A stretch of DNA of 64,000 nt from Zygnema circumcarinatum SAG 698-1b (taxonomy: Eukaryota; Plantae; Zygnematophyceae): assembly GCA_037447605.1 (NCBI GenBank), contig CM074814.1:372001-436000 (forward strand), in the 5' to 3' direction. Made by a program: the position numbers and the translations under genes. Below are positions 1 to 12,541 of the stretch, in pieces. Numbering within the stretch: position 1 is the first letter of the stretch; each line of letters starts with the position of its first letter. The notes beneath the pieces are model-generated. The model did no database searches. It was not told where the DNA came from and saw only the letters and a list, made by a program, of their open reading frames with translations.

Positions 1-2102
1 CCAAAGGAAGCTGAAAGGGGAATCAATCAACATGGTCGAGCCATGTCCCCGTATCGATTATAGCTTCGGTACTCCCTTTCTGAGGGAATAGAGAGTGAGA
101 ATTCATGCCTTATACCCATGAGTTCGCCCGGGAACTCTCTGCGAACTCCTTGATTTGAATTCGCCGCCATTGTCTGAGCGCAAAGCCTTCAGCTTCTGTC
201 CTGATTCTGTCTCCGCCTGGTTCAGCCAATCTCGAAAGGCTCCGAAAGCCTCTGACTTGTTCTTGAGGAGCGTAATCCAAATCTTCCTCGAGTAATCGTC
301 GAGGAACGTGACGAAGTAACGTGCTCCGCCGTTGGTCGCCGGTGTAACTGGGCCACACAAAGTCAGAATGTACCAATTCCAACTTTTCTCGTGCTCGATA
401 GGACTCGTCTCCACTCCTCACGAATGGTCTCCTGTGCGCCTTGCCCTCCACACACTCCTGGCACAACCCAAGCTCCTTCTCCACTGCACCCGGGTCTAGC
501 CCGCGGACTAGCAACCCCTTCGCGACCAACTGGCATTCCTCTCTATGGTGTAGTGACCAAGTCTTCCTATGCCATACATCTACGGCATTCTGCGGTTGCA
601 TTGGCATGCTCATAATTCTCCCTCTTATAATCAAGATAGCCAGCCCTCCTCTCTCACCAACCCCTAAGCATTGTCTCCCGGTTTACGTATGGATGGCCGC
701 ATGACTTCTCCTCCAAATAGAACACTTTGTATCCTTTCTTCACACACTTGGCTACTTGGGGCAGCAGGGAGTGCCTTTTGGCACCGAGGGGTGTGAAACG
801 TCACCAATTGACCCAACTTCTCTTGTATGTCTTCTTCATTGATGACCGAGCCGTCTCCGAGTATCATCCTCACGGCTCCACCTCTCGTCACGGTGACTCC
901 TTCACCGGTTGCTGAATGGACTGAGCGTGTCTTCTCCAAGTCGTCGAGCTTGGAGAACATCGATGTGTCTCCGCACATATGCGTAGAAGCGCCGGAATCA
1001 ATCAGCCACGGCCGCTTCGGATCCTCTACCTGAATCCTTCCCACAAACGCATTCTCAGTATTCTCCGCCAGCATGAGGTTGTTCTCAACTGCTACCTTGC
1101 AGTCTGAACTCCTGTGGCCTCTCTTCTTGCATTTGAAGCAAGTGCCACTGAACGCCTTCTTCTCCTTCTTGCCGGATGAAGTCGCGTTTCCTCCCTTCTC
1201 TTGGCTGCCTCTGTTCTTGAAGCAATCGCTGGAGTAGTGGCCGATCTTGCCACACGTATAACACGTAATCGCCGAGCGTTCTCCTCGGGCTGACTTCGGG
1301 GCGCCTCCTCTTCGATTTGGTCGAGTGTGCAACGCAAGCACTTTCTCCTCAGGGCTGCCGACATCCTGAATGGAGTCCTCCTCCTTTATCCTACGCTTGA
1401 CTTGCTCAAGAGTCATGCGTGGTATTAGTGGGAATTTGTCTCAAAGCCGCCAGCGCCACATCATCTTGGGTCAAACCCCGAAACACAAGCATCTTGCCAG
1501 GGTCTGCCTCTAATGGTTTCCCAGGGGCTATGAACCTCTCCATCAGAGCATCAAACCTGACCATATAAGCTTCTAGTTTCTCATCACGAAGTCATCTTCA
1601 TCTTACTTTGGCTAGCGTGTAAAGCGGCGGTCGTCACATTGTCTTTTACATCATACATTTCCTCTAGGCATCTCCACATGGCATGAGAGGTCTTCAGATC
1701 ATAAAGCATAGAGGACGGACTTCCTCTTACGCTCATTACAATCTGCGTCAGGGCCTTGTTGTCCTTGGCTTTCCATCGTGCGAGCGCCACGTCGTGCTCC
1801 GACTGCTGCTCCGCTGAGGCTCCAACCGGTAACTCCGGCGCCTTGATGCTGCCATCAACATACCCAAGCAACCCTTTGCCTACAAGCAAGGGAACCAACC
1901 TCCATCTCCACGCCTTGTAATCCTGCCCATCAAAGGCCGGAATGCTGAACTTGACGTGGTCCTCCGAGTCTCCATGAGCTCTGATACCACTTGTTGGTGG
2001 AGGGACTCCTCCACTGCTGCCGTCCGTTCCTCCATTCGGGTCACCCTCCATCGGAGTTCGCGTTCCAATCGACGATGACATCTTCAAATCTCTCACATTC
2101 AC
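1..2102 (-). mobile_element. Degenerate Ty1/copia LTR retrotransposon gag-pol, truncated by the window edge
   Basis: Copia domain order on the minus strand: gag (FDGQDYKAWRWRL...LLGYVDGS, 1584-2102), two CCHC knuckles (CYTCGKIGHYSSDC, CFKCKKRGHRSSDC), protease (WLIDSGASTHM), GAG-pre-integrase (WHRK...CQECVEGK), integrase (LELVHSD; [11 protein letters not shown]; LRSDNGGEF). Split by several frameshifts. LTR and PBS not identified. Confidence 0.93.
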
Positions 2103-3107
2103 TCATAGCCCATTTTACTCCCGCGAGTGAATCTGACAAATAATGCAGTGAGGAATAACTTGAGAGAGAAATGAATAGGAGAAACACGCTCTAAAACTCC
2201 TTAATAATTGAATTCACTCATACACATTGAGAACCCTCTCTCAAATCGGCCGCTCAGCAATCTCACAGCTCACTACACTCACAGCACGAGTAAGTGTAGT
2301 GTTAATGTAACCTGGCCGAAACGGCCTGCGAGACTACAACAGCTTTGAATGGTGTTTTGCCTACGGCAAAAACAATCCTTAAATGCTATGTCACTACACA
2401 CGTGACAACAACGTACTCTGAAGCTTCACAGCATGCGACTAGCGGCACGCAAGACACTTATCGATCAATCCTCTTGTAGTCGGATCTCGTGGGCTACGCG
2501 GGATCCAGCATTTTTTGCTTCCGTCGGATCCGACTCAGCCTTCAGATTCAATCCGCGTCTTGCGGTAGGATCTGACCTTGCGCACCAAGATAGATGTGGC
2601 GTCGATCTCCCAGCGTCGTCTGCGCGCCGCCAGGCACAAGGCCGAGGCGCAGCTCCGGTACAGGTTCTGAATGCGTAGCGCCGACAATCCCGCCAGCATA
2701 GGTCCATCAGCCAATCGGCCTTGTAGCCATGTCGGTTCGGTCGCCTTAGCGATTTCTACTGTCAGCGTCACATGCTTCGATTCGCTCGCGTCCCGTGTCC
2801 AGCGCCCGTCGGCCCGATTCCCTAGAGATGTTAGAGTGGCCCTCGTCAATTCCCGACTACGCCCGGCGCCAGCTCTTACTCTCTCACCGACCAAGAGTCC
2901 CACAGGTACTTACCCGCCGCCCGTCCGGTCCTAGGCGCACTCGCCCGCCAAGGGCCACACACACAACACACGCACACAAAACTAATGTCCCAACAACAAC
3001 TTGTCTAGTGACTAACTACTATACACTAACAAGGGACACGTGGCAGTTTGCCATTGGACAGCCCTGCTTCCAATCCTCCATGCTGGTAGGAGGTTCAACG
3101 GGGGAAG

Positions 3108-3193
3108 TGTAAAAGGGGCGTGGGTGACTGTCGTCACCCAACCAACATACCGGCATACGGTTGCACGCCCGTCCCAGGCTGCTCCCCACTCTG

Positions 3194-3227
<34 letters not shown>

Positions 3228-3289
3228 CTCGAGGTGCTGGTCGAGTGCTTTTCCGCGCAGGCTGAAGGAGTCAGATCTCAGCCGTTACA
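3108..3289 (+). repeat. Putative 5' LTR of the gypsy element
   Basis: Starts TGTAA and ends TTACA (inverted termini), followed after 1 nt by the tRNA-iMet PBS. The left boundary is less certain than the right. Confidence 0.65.
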
Positions 3290-3290
3290 T

Positions 3291-3302
3291 TGGTATCAGA
3301 GC
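3291..3302 (+). promoter_or_regulatory. Primer-binding site complementary to the tRNA-iMet 3' end
   Basis: TGGTATCAGAGC directly after ...TTACA. Confidence 0.9.
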
Positions 3303-6300
3303 CGCGTTGCGGCCTTCTCTTGTGACAGAGAACCTAGTGGGTCATGGTGACCACTCGCCGGGCTGGAGGGGACCCGGGGCCCTCGGGGCCGCCACCTCCA
3401 CCACCTTTCCCCCGGGATGAGGTGATGGAGGAGAACTCGGAGACGACGCCCGTCCCTATGGAGGGGCCGAGTCCCGAGCCCACGGGTGACCAAGGTCACC
3501 CGGGAGAACCCACCACCCTGCTTCCCACCCAGCGGGCAGTGAAACCGGTAGAAGCGCCAAGCCCGGACCCTACCACCCCATGATGGGGCCCACATCCGCA
3601 AGTGGCGGCCGGTGAGCGAGGATTGAGGATCACGGGGAAGAGTGTGAGGCCCGAGCGTGAATACGTTGAGGCACTCCAAGGAGGTGGACGACATGGAGCT
3701 TACCGGTCAGGCGGGCGGTGGACGGCTCCGGATGGAGTTGAGGGAGGCTGGCGGGAGGCTACGAGATCGCCGAGAAGAAGGTATGCCCCGAACCCCTCGG
3801 TGGCCAAGGTGGATGGGGCGGTCTCGAGGGAGGGGTTAGAGCACACCGCCCGGTAGCATCGTATTCTGCAGGCGTCCCGACTGCAAGCTCTTACGGAAGA
3901 AGCGGCCCCCACGGTTTTCCGCGGGGAAGCCACTCCCGTGGGGGTGGCGAACCTGGCGGTGGGGACCCGTCGAGGCCGGTGACTGGCCAGCGTGAGGAGA
4001 AGATCCGGTCCTGGGGACTGCTCCCATAACCCTCTTATGCAGGGCGGAGTCCGGGAGAAAGCTGCGAGTAGCCCGCTTTCCTTTTGGGGCGGAAACAGCC
4101 ACCACAGGCTGGTGGCCGGTGAGATTTGGAATCAACGAAGGGTTACCGCCGGCGACCAGTCCCCCTCCGGTGGGTAGCTGCTTACGCGACGCTTCGAAGG
4201 AAGCGCATACGGGTGTATGAGGGCCTCTCGATGAATTAGGGACGATTAGGATAAGTTAGAGATGAACTTATCAAACACTTGGCACCTTGGATCCGGCTTG
4301 GAGGCCGGGACAGATTTGAGAGCACATGGTCCAAACCGGCGTCAAGCGGTTTACGCGGACACGCGACAAGTGGTACCCCAAATCACCACTCACAAAACTG
4401 GGCGGTGAGGTTCTTTTCCACGCCGGGGAATGGCTTGAAGCCACGAGGAAGCGGTAGGACTAACCCGGACTCACGAAACGTGGGACCCCGTGACCTCGAG
4501 GCTGTGCTTTGATCGCGACCATTCCGGTTGGACACCGCCCCTGCCGGTGATGCGGGGCCCTTCCCGACCCGGCAGGGGGGTGGGGCGGCGTGGCTGGTCG
4601 TGGAAGGCGAGACCCTCGGCACACGCCAAGATGGCGAGGGAAAAGAATGCTTGAGCGGCCGGAGTGGCACCTTGCCCGCCCTGCTTACCGCGACGCTGAG
4701 AAGTTGACTCGGAGAGTAGGAAGATGCGGCGGGAGAACAAGTGTTTCGGCCGCGGGGGCATAAGGCCGGGATTACCCTGCGAGCTGGGGCCGAGGGCAAA
4801 GTAGAAAACCCCAACCACCAGCGGTTTAGAATTACGGCTGTAGCTGAGGTAGATGCTTCCCGAGGATGGGGATGGAGAGCGATTCGCGGCGAGATCAATG
4901 TTAGGGACTTTTGTGGCAGGTCCACGGACATTCTTAACTGGCTGAAGGCGGACAGCTTTAGGGGTGCACGATCGTTATTGTGTCATGCGCTACGATTCCA
5001 TGTCCCTTTCCCGCCGCGGTGGTGACTCCTCTAGGTTTATGGATGTAATGATCGTGGCGGGTGGCGTATTTCCATTCTCAATGTTATGGGGGATGATGTC
5101 TTGATGAGATGTGCCATGGATGCCTTGCTTATCTTGCGGGATACTTCCCACATCCTTGGGCTGCATGTGCTGGTTCCTCAGCACTTGGCAGTTCGCACTT
5201 TTCCCAACGCCACCTGGCGGTTGGTGAAACAATTTTGGTAGTGGCATAAGCTACACGGGAAGGATTCACCTGCTGACGGTTGGATCCTCACACCTGGTGT
5301 GGAGGTGACTGCTCGGCTCCTCACCCTCGCATATAAAAGTATCCATGTTCCATTTTTGCCCATCAGGTAATGACCTTTCACTGGTCACTGACACAATTCC
5401 GCTAGCCGACATCAAGTATGACGGGGTGCATGCAATCCTTTGTTGTCTCCAAGATTACCCGTAGATTTAAGGACCGGATCTCATTCAAAAGTGTTACTTT
5501 CTTCGGGGATGGACGCAAGGGCCGTATCTCCGGCAAAGGTCACACTCAAGATCAAGCTCCACCCTACCTCAAAGAAGTGCCTTCCCACAATAACCGCCTC
5601 CGAACTACGTTATTTTAGGGAGTGCTTGGTTAACCAGCGGTCAAAGCCTGACTTTTTCCATCCCACAATCGTAGATTCCATTGCTGGGATAGCGCATCAC
5701 ACCGCACCCTCGGGTAAAACTACATCCATCATGTCACAAGTAGTGTTGATACTCCTTATCTCGCCGCTATGCAATTGGCCAAAGCTGTTAAGGAGGGTTG
5801 CACCTTGTTCATGGTGCATGTCATGACAGCCACTGAGGATGTTCATGACGAAGATTAGGAGTGGCAGATCACATCTACTGACGTGCTCTCCACTGTTCCC
5901 TCCCCGTTCCAACCTTTGTTGGATGAATTCAGGGATGTCTTCCCTGATGACCTTCCAAGAGGGTTGCCCCCATCAAGAGGGGTGGGGCACACAATCCCTC
6001 TTGAGTTCGAAAGTAAAAGCCGCCATACGACTATCGTTAAGCCCGAAAAGGATTCGAGAGATGCGAAAAGCAGTTGGCAACTTTACGAGACAAGGGCTGG
6101 ATAGAACCCAGTCAAAGCCACTTTGGGGCGCCCATCTTGTTTGTTGGGAAGAAAGATGGTTCGTTGAGGATGTGCATTGATTATCGCGCACTCAACAAGA
6201 TCACCGTAAAGAACCGTTTTGCTTTACCACGTATTGATGATCTTTTGGATCGTCTTCACGGCGCCAGAGAGTTTACGTCACTCGATCTTGCTCGGGGTAC

Positions 6301-9287
6301 CATCGTGATCCGTGTTACAGTTTGATGCCAAAACTGCGCTCCCGACACCCATTGGTCATTTCCAATATAAGGTGTAGCCCTTTGGATTGACTAAAGCTCC
6401 GGCGACTTTCCAGGCTGTAATGAACGAGATGTTCATCGGCATGGACGAAGCTTGCCTATTTCACTCGGAGCGATATCCTTGTCTTCAAGAAGACAAATGA
6501 GGAACATCTTGAACACGCTCGGAAAAGTGTTTGAGACCCCGAGGAAACACTCACTCTTATGCCAAGAGGAAGAAATGTCACTTCATGCAACGAGTTGCTT
6601 TATCTTGGCATATCTTGAATGATCAAGGCCTTTCGCTCCCATCCTCGCCAAAGTTTCACCGTAGAAACTTACGCCACCGACCGACTTGCATCAGTTGAGG
6701 CTCCTTTTCTCGGGTTTCTATGCAATTATTTTCGTGAAGTTCGTCCATAAGGGTTTAGTAAACCGGTACCCTCTGACTAATTTGACACGCTCCGGGTGCC
6801 CCTGCGATGGACCCCCTCAATGCCGTGATGCATTCGGCAGGCGCCATGCACTTGTGCCACGCGCATCTACTTCCTGCTTAGCGACCCGGCCCAAACCTTA
6901 TGAAGTGGCTTGTGATGCTTCGATTCAGCCTTTGGGTGCCGCCTTTGTTCCGTGGATGGCCAACCTTGCTTTATGAAAGCCGCAGAAATGAATCCTCGCC
7001 GAAGCAACTATTCTCGGCAACGTAATGTGAACGCTGTAGTGGTCCACTCAGGACATGGCGGTGCTATTTAGAGGGGCGTAGGTGCCACGCCGTCACCGAC
7101 CACTCGCCGACGCCTTCAACCCAATGTGCACTGCCTAGGCGGTGTGCACGCCGTCTGAGTTCCTCCAAGGTTTGATCGCCAAGCAGTTTATCGCCCCGAA
7201 GGTCAATGCAGCGTAATCTTTACCGAGTAGGCAGCCTCGGCATCTTGCCTGGATGGTGCGCTCGTCGACTCGAGTGTTGGTGGAACGAGATGACAGAGGT
7301 GAAGGGCCGGCCAACCCCGAGTCTCCGTATCCAGTATGTTTTGTCATAGATCCCTCCACCAGTGACGCAGTCAACCCTCCTGCTCTCTCGGATCTCAGAC
7401 AGATGATCCAAGAGGGGTATACTGGTGATCCTTTGTTCCTGGATGGCCAAGGTAATGGCTATAAGGACAAAGTGGTGTCAAAGGACGGATTTTGGTACCA
7501 CGGCCAGCAGTTGGTCGTGCCCAAGGCCGGGACTGTACGGCAGCTCATTCTGGGTGAGCTACATGATCCTCCGTACCGAGGTCACATGGGAGTTGCCAAA
7601 ACCCGTGAGGCACTGCTCCGAGAGTTCTGGTGGCCTGGACTCTCGAGGGATGTGAAAGCGTATGTACTCGCTTGTCCAACTTGTCAACGAACAAACCCCG
7701 CACTGGCAGGATCCCTGGCCAGCTGCAACCCCTCACACCTCCTTTTCGGAAATGGGATAGTGTGGGTATGGACTTGATCACAAATCTTCCTCGTGATAAC
7801 CTCGGGCATGACTCCACCCGTTTGCCGACGCACAAAGAAGAAGGTGCATTTTACAATCAACTACTAAGACAACAAATAATTTAGGATTGCACGGGTTGTA
7901 TGTTGACAAAGTGTGGAGAGCCAAAGATGGTCTTCAGATACCGTAAATTGTGTCCGACCGCGGATCCACGCATTCAATCGCCATTTGACCCGGCGTTCAA
8001 AATCGTTGGGACCAAGTAAGCGTTGAGTACGGCTTTCCACCCGCGAACCGATGGCCGCATCTTAACGGGTGAATGATCCCTCGAGGATACCGCATTATGT
8101 GGACCTACCCCGATGGGTGGGACGAACCGCTTCCTGGCCGAAAGTATGCCATCAATAAATGCTACTGTGAGTCCATTGGTACCACCCCTTTCTTCCTGAA
8201 CTTTGGCCAGCATCCCCTAAATCCCTTGCAACCAAGGGATCAGCCCCCTGACCCGTGGAACATGGGTGTCCACAGAACCCCCAACCCTTGGAAGCTGAGA
8301 GGGACTGATGGGACTCAACCTCCCGCAGTCAGATCTTTTGTCCGACTAATGTCTGAGGCGCTGCAGAGGGCACGGCAGACCTCGCTATAGCGCCCAGCGA
8401 CAAAGGCCTATAGCCGACCGGCCACCGCATACCCAACTCACCTTCAACGAAGGCGATGAGGTGTTGCTAAGTACGGCGAACTTGAGACTCAAAGCTTATG
8501 GCGGAACACGTAAGCTGTGGCCCCGCTTCGTCGGACCTTTCCGGGTCGTGAAGCGAATCAATGATGTCGCTTACAGGTTGGATTTACCATCCCACATGAA
8601 GGTGCATCCGGTCTTTCATGTGGGTTTGCTAAAGGTCTACCGTAGCGATGGGAGGATCCAACCACCCCCCCCACCAGTGGAACTTGAAGGTGAACTTGAG
8701 TATGAAGTTGAAACCATTCAAGCCCACCGTCTTGTGAGAAAGGGTCGATCTTCCCGTCACGAATACCTCGTGAAGTGGTTGGGCTATGGGGTTGAACATA
8801 GCACATGGGAAGCCGAGGGCAACTTAACCAATTGCCAGGAGCTCATCAACTTGTACTGGGAGGCGCAGGCCGCNNNNNNNNNNCTCCGTCCTAGTACTCT
8901 CACCCCGGGCGCGGGCCGAGTGGCCAAGGCGTCGGGGACCACCCAGGACCAGGAAGGGTCCTGGGATCGAACCTTGCGAAGGTTGCAAGGGTTCGATGCG
9001 GCGCGGTATACAGAGACATATATGTACCGCGTCGCCGATGTGGTCGAGGGATCATGGAATCCCGACCACATCTTCCTTACGTTTTGGAACGTAACCGTCG
9101 TCCGTACAATTACGGGTTACCGTTGGTACGGACGGACTGTCAGTCGGACCTCGCGCCGCGCGCGTAGGATCCGACCGTGCACCGACGTACGGCGGCGCTC
9201 CGCGTCTCAGACTCAGACTCAGATCTCAGACCGATCTCAGACTCGGCTGAGATCTGAGTCAGATCTCAGCCGTTACAGAAGTTCTTT

Positions 9288-10141
9288 ATGGCGATGTTTA
9301 GGTTTCAGAGGGAGGCCCTTATGTTGGAGAAGACGACGAGAGAAGAGCAGGCGAAGGAGGTCGAGTTTTTGAGGATGGAGGTGGAGAAGTTGCGACAGGG
9401 AACGAGCCATTGTGATAGCTCTCCCGCACAGCCTCATGATCTTCAGGAAGCGAATATTGAAGTTTTAAGAGCTCTTAGATGCTACTGTGCTGAACTTCGA
9501 GAAAAAATTACTCCGCTGCTGGCCAATCAGAAAGAATTGTGGCAGCGTCTTTCAACGCGCTTAAGCCTGGAGTTGAATTTTGCAGGCCTGCACATGCAAA
9601 ATGTGCGTTGGAAGCACGCATTGCATCCATAATGTTTGCCAATTTTGAGAACGAATACTTTTATCCCTCAGGAGTTTCTGTTTGGCTTGACCCAACGAAG
9701 CGAAGCAGTGATGCTTTTCAGCATTTTAAGGAGCTGACGGAAAAGGAGCGGTGGACGATTGAAGAGAAAGAGGAGCACTTCAATACCTTCGTGGATGAGA
9801 AATTGACGGCTCTTTTCTGCTTTCTGAGAGATCTGGGATCCAAACATCTTGATCCTGCATGGGCTGAAAGTTATTTCTATGTAAAAAGAAGCAATTCCAA
9901 GCTTATGGCCCTGTTTAAAGCGCTGTGGTCAATGCACAAGCTGGGACAGAGCTTTGACCCTCCTGCCTCCATCTTTAGAGTTGCAAGGGGAGCTGCATTT
10001 GACCCTGCTTTAATGCAATTGGTGTCGTCTATTGACTTGAGTGAAATTGGAGGAGTGCAGCAAGTAGCGTTCTCTGTATCGCCAGGCTTTCGTGTTCGAA
10101 ATTCAGTCATTCCTTCCCATGTGTATACTGCACTCGCTTAA
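9288..10141 (+). CDS. GIL1/IRK-interacting (DUF641-family) protein, coiled-coil plus C-terminal domain; one apparent frameshift
   Basis: Family-like motifs HAKCALEA..IMFANFENE, LDP, KALWSMHKLGQSFDPPASIFRVARGAAFD, VAFSVSPGFRVRNSVIPSHVY. ORFs 9288-9632 and 9539-10141 join through a single indel, probably in the A-run near 9502-9507 (pseudogene or homopolymer error). TTTCAG at about 9303-9308 may be a splice acceptor, so the 5' end is uncertain. Confidence 0.72.
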
Positions 10142-10434
10142 CCGAATGGTGAGGCCACTTGAACCTTGCAGTCCTTTACTTGATGCTGTGAAAATTGTAC
10201 TTTAGAGGGCATCCTTACTTTGAGCCTTACTGTCTAAAGAGTGGTCGAGCGTAGCGAACGAGTCTTTCGTTGCAGCGTTGCTTCCCTTTGTTTGTCCCAC
10301 GGCGGAGAGGAGGAAAGGAAGGAGCAGGCTATGGCCAGCAAGCAGTCAGGTTATGAGGTGGACAGATTGAGGGCAGAAGGATTTTGGGAAAGAGATTGCG
10401 GAGCTACTTGTGTTTTTGAGACATAGATTTTGTT

Positions 10435-10514
10435 CACGAAGAGAGAGGAGCAGGTGAAGGAGGTCAAGTCTTTGAGGATGGAGGTGGAGAAGTGGCGACA
10501 GGGAAGGAGCCATT
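10435..10514 (+). pseudogene. Relic duplicate of the 5' part of the GIL1/IRKI-like gene
   Basis: About 80 bp closely matching 9333-9411 (REEQVKEVKSLRMEVEKWRQG vs REEQAKEVEFLRMEVEKLRQG), with an in-frame stop just upstream and no downstream domain. Confidence 0.75.
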
Positions 10515-11402
10515 TCGGAGGTGTTTCACAAAATTCTCTCTCCTAAAGGAATGTTCAATTCTTAACCCAAATATGTTTCTCCTGCAAAACTTGTTCGGGG
10601 GATTGAAGTTCTGAGAAGTAATGTATGGACGGCCGCAGTGACGGATCCACGGATGTCTCTGGATTGGCCCCCTCTCAGATATTTGAAGGCTGTTCACCTT
10701 TGAACGTTGAATAGAAGTTAGAAAATCCAATTTTTCCAACTCACTGGTCAGCTCCCCTAACGTAAAATCTTATAGATCCCCCCGGTCTGCTGGTGACATT
10801 CTCCTTTCCTATATTTCATTTAAGTAGGGAGTGCTTTCAAACTCGTGAGGCGTCTGAGGGGACAGGAAAGTGAAACGGTTCGTTCATTGTGTAGACGGTC
10901 TGTGTTTTTGGATAAACTCACCTTTGCAAATATGTGTAGCGGGCCGAAGGAGGCAGAGTGTGGGGAGTTGGGAGGGGCTCTTCTTTCACATGGGGTAGAG
11001 ATCGCTCCTTTGTAGTGTGGTAGAGCTCATGGAGCTTTTAGAATGTGCTTGGGAAGGAGGCAGGTCAGGGCGTGGCACCCCTTGGTCTTGCCACTTGGCT
11101 CTAATGCAATGCATGTGCTTGCATAGGCGTGCCCTTCTAACGAGAGTCAGTCCTTTTGCGATGATTCATGCCATTGCCAAATGTTAATCCATCTCTATTG
11201 CAAACAACAATCATGAGGCAGCATCATCGCCAGAACAATGTTCAGTGCCATCCGATTGATGGCTGCCCCATCCATGCATAGCCCATGCATTCACGAATGC
11301 CATCGCTGGCCTTCCAACGAAACCACGAGCAGTCCCAAATGTCGTTAGGCCCAAAACACGGAGTTGTTGCACTCCGTTGAAGCACACGCGCACTCAGGCT
11401 CG

Positions 11403-11715
11403 CACGTGTGAAAGCCCGATCGATGCTGTGACAGTTAGCGTTGCCGAAACGTCACATGGAGCCTTCCTCACAAGCGCATGGCACTTCCGTACACAGTGGG
11501 GACAGCGATCGGAATTTTTTCCTTTGTCGTCTTGTGCATTCGACCACCTCGAAATTGGCGTCACGTCAAGCACTTCCACGTGGCGACATATCGAGTTGCC
11601 ACGTCAGGGAGTTGCGAACTGAAACGTCAGAATGACGTTACGTGGACACGTGTTTAACTCTCACACGCAAACCGATCTGGTCTCTTTCGTGGCGTTAGTA
11701 AACGGTGTCCACGTG
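11403..11715. promoter_or_regulatory. G-box/ABRE cluster upstream of the 12542 gene
   Basis: Four CACGTG (11403, 11577, 11647, 11710) plus several ACGTCA motifs within about 310 bp. Confidence 0.45.
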
Positions 11716-12541
11716 GAAACGCAGATCGCGGGTTGGGACCACGCACGCAACCTTTTTGTCGGTTCCGCCGAGTGCGGAGGAGGGCCGTGCGGCCGTTCTC
11801 TATTTGTCAACCAAAGCTGAGCTGGCCCAATAGAGAAGCGCCACGCGGTTAATGTTGCCACGGCGCGAGTTCCCATTGGCAGCTGGCTGGAGTCCGGTAT
11901 TCCATTCTCAAGGGCAAGGCCCCCTTCGCTTTTGGCCACTTTTTGCTGCTGCTGGAGGAGGGCCTTGGAAGTGCGGCCATGGCGGAGGGAGTTTGAATGG
12001 AGTGAAGATAACGCGCGTATTGGAACGATCTCAACGAATATGGCGAAGTAAAGGGCTGAAAGGTTGGTATTCTGACCTTTTTTTTGTTTCTGTTTGTTGC
12101 AAGAAAGCTGCTTGTCGAAGCTTAGAGTTTGCTTGCGAACCGCCATTTCTCGGGAAAGGAATCGGTACTTTAATTTTTAAAAGGTTCTTAGTAGGGTTTT
12201 TATTGTAAGTGACACTATTCTGTCGTGGATTCTTAGGGAATGTATTTCTACTTCACTTGTCAATAGTATTTATCGCTAGAGAATGCAAGTTATTTCAAGA
12301 GGATTTTCAATATTGAAATATATTTTGACGCTCCTGTTCCCTGAGTCACACTCTTCACCAATGATTCTTTCATTGCTTTTTTCTTTTCTCGAATCTCGAT
12401 TTCTGTCGATCGTGTTCCCTTCAAAACTGAACAGTAATACTCTCTAAGTAGCGTTCCTCGCCACTAAGTGCCTCCTCGTTCTTTCTCTTTCTCTCAGATT
12501 TTCCCTCTCTATCGCAGCGTCTTGCAAGGAGACTTGCAAGG

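Larger units (their letters stand above)
3108..9277 (+). mobile_element. Degenerate Ty3/gypsy chromovirus LTR retrotransposon
   Basis: PBS TGGTATCAGAGC at 3291-3302; RT fragments (VFPDDLPRGLPPSRGVGHTI; [20 protein letters not shown]; [11 protein letters not shown]); RNase H (YEVACDAS); integrase zinc finger (HDPPYRGHMG...CPTCQ), GPF motif (KLWPRFVGPF) and C-terminal chromodomain. Both ends finish with the same 22 nt GAGTCAGATCTCAGCCGTTACA. Candidate 4-bp TSD GAAG at 3104-3107 and 9278-9281. N gap at 8874-8883. Confidence 0.92.

Noticed and set aside
2103-3107. Possible copia 5' UTR/LTR and short ORFs; GGCTATGAG near 2102-2110 (minus) resembling a half-tRNA PBS
   Set aside because: No second LTR in the window for comparison, no CA directly before the motif, and no recognisable protein motif.
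3344-5400. Many short overlapping ORFs in the gypsy gag/protease region
   Set aside because: Frameshifted remains of the element, not independent genes.
8874-8883. Runs of exactly ten N (nine in the window)
   Set aside because: Scaffolding placeholders. ORFs spanning them, such as 8461-9372, are not reliable.
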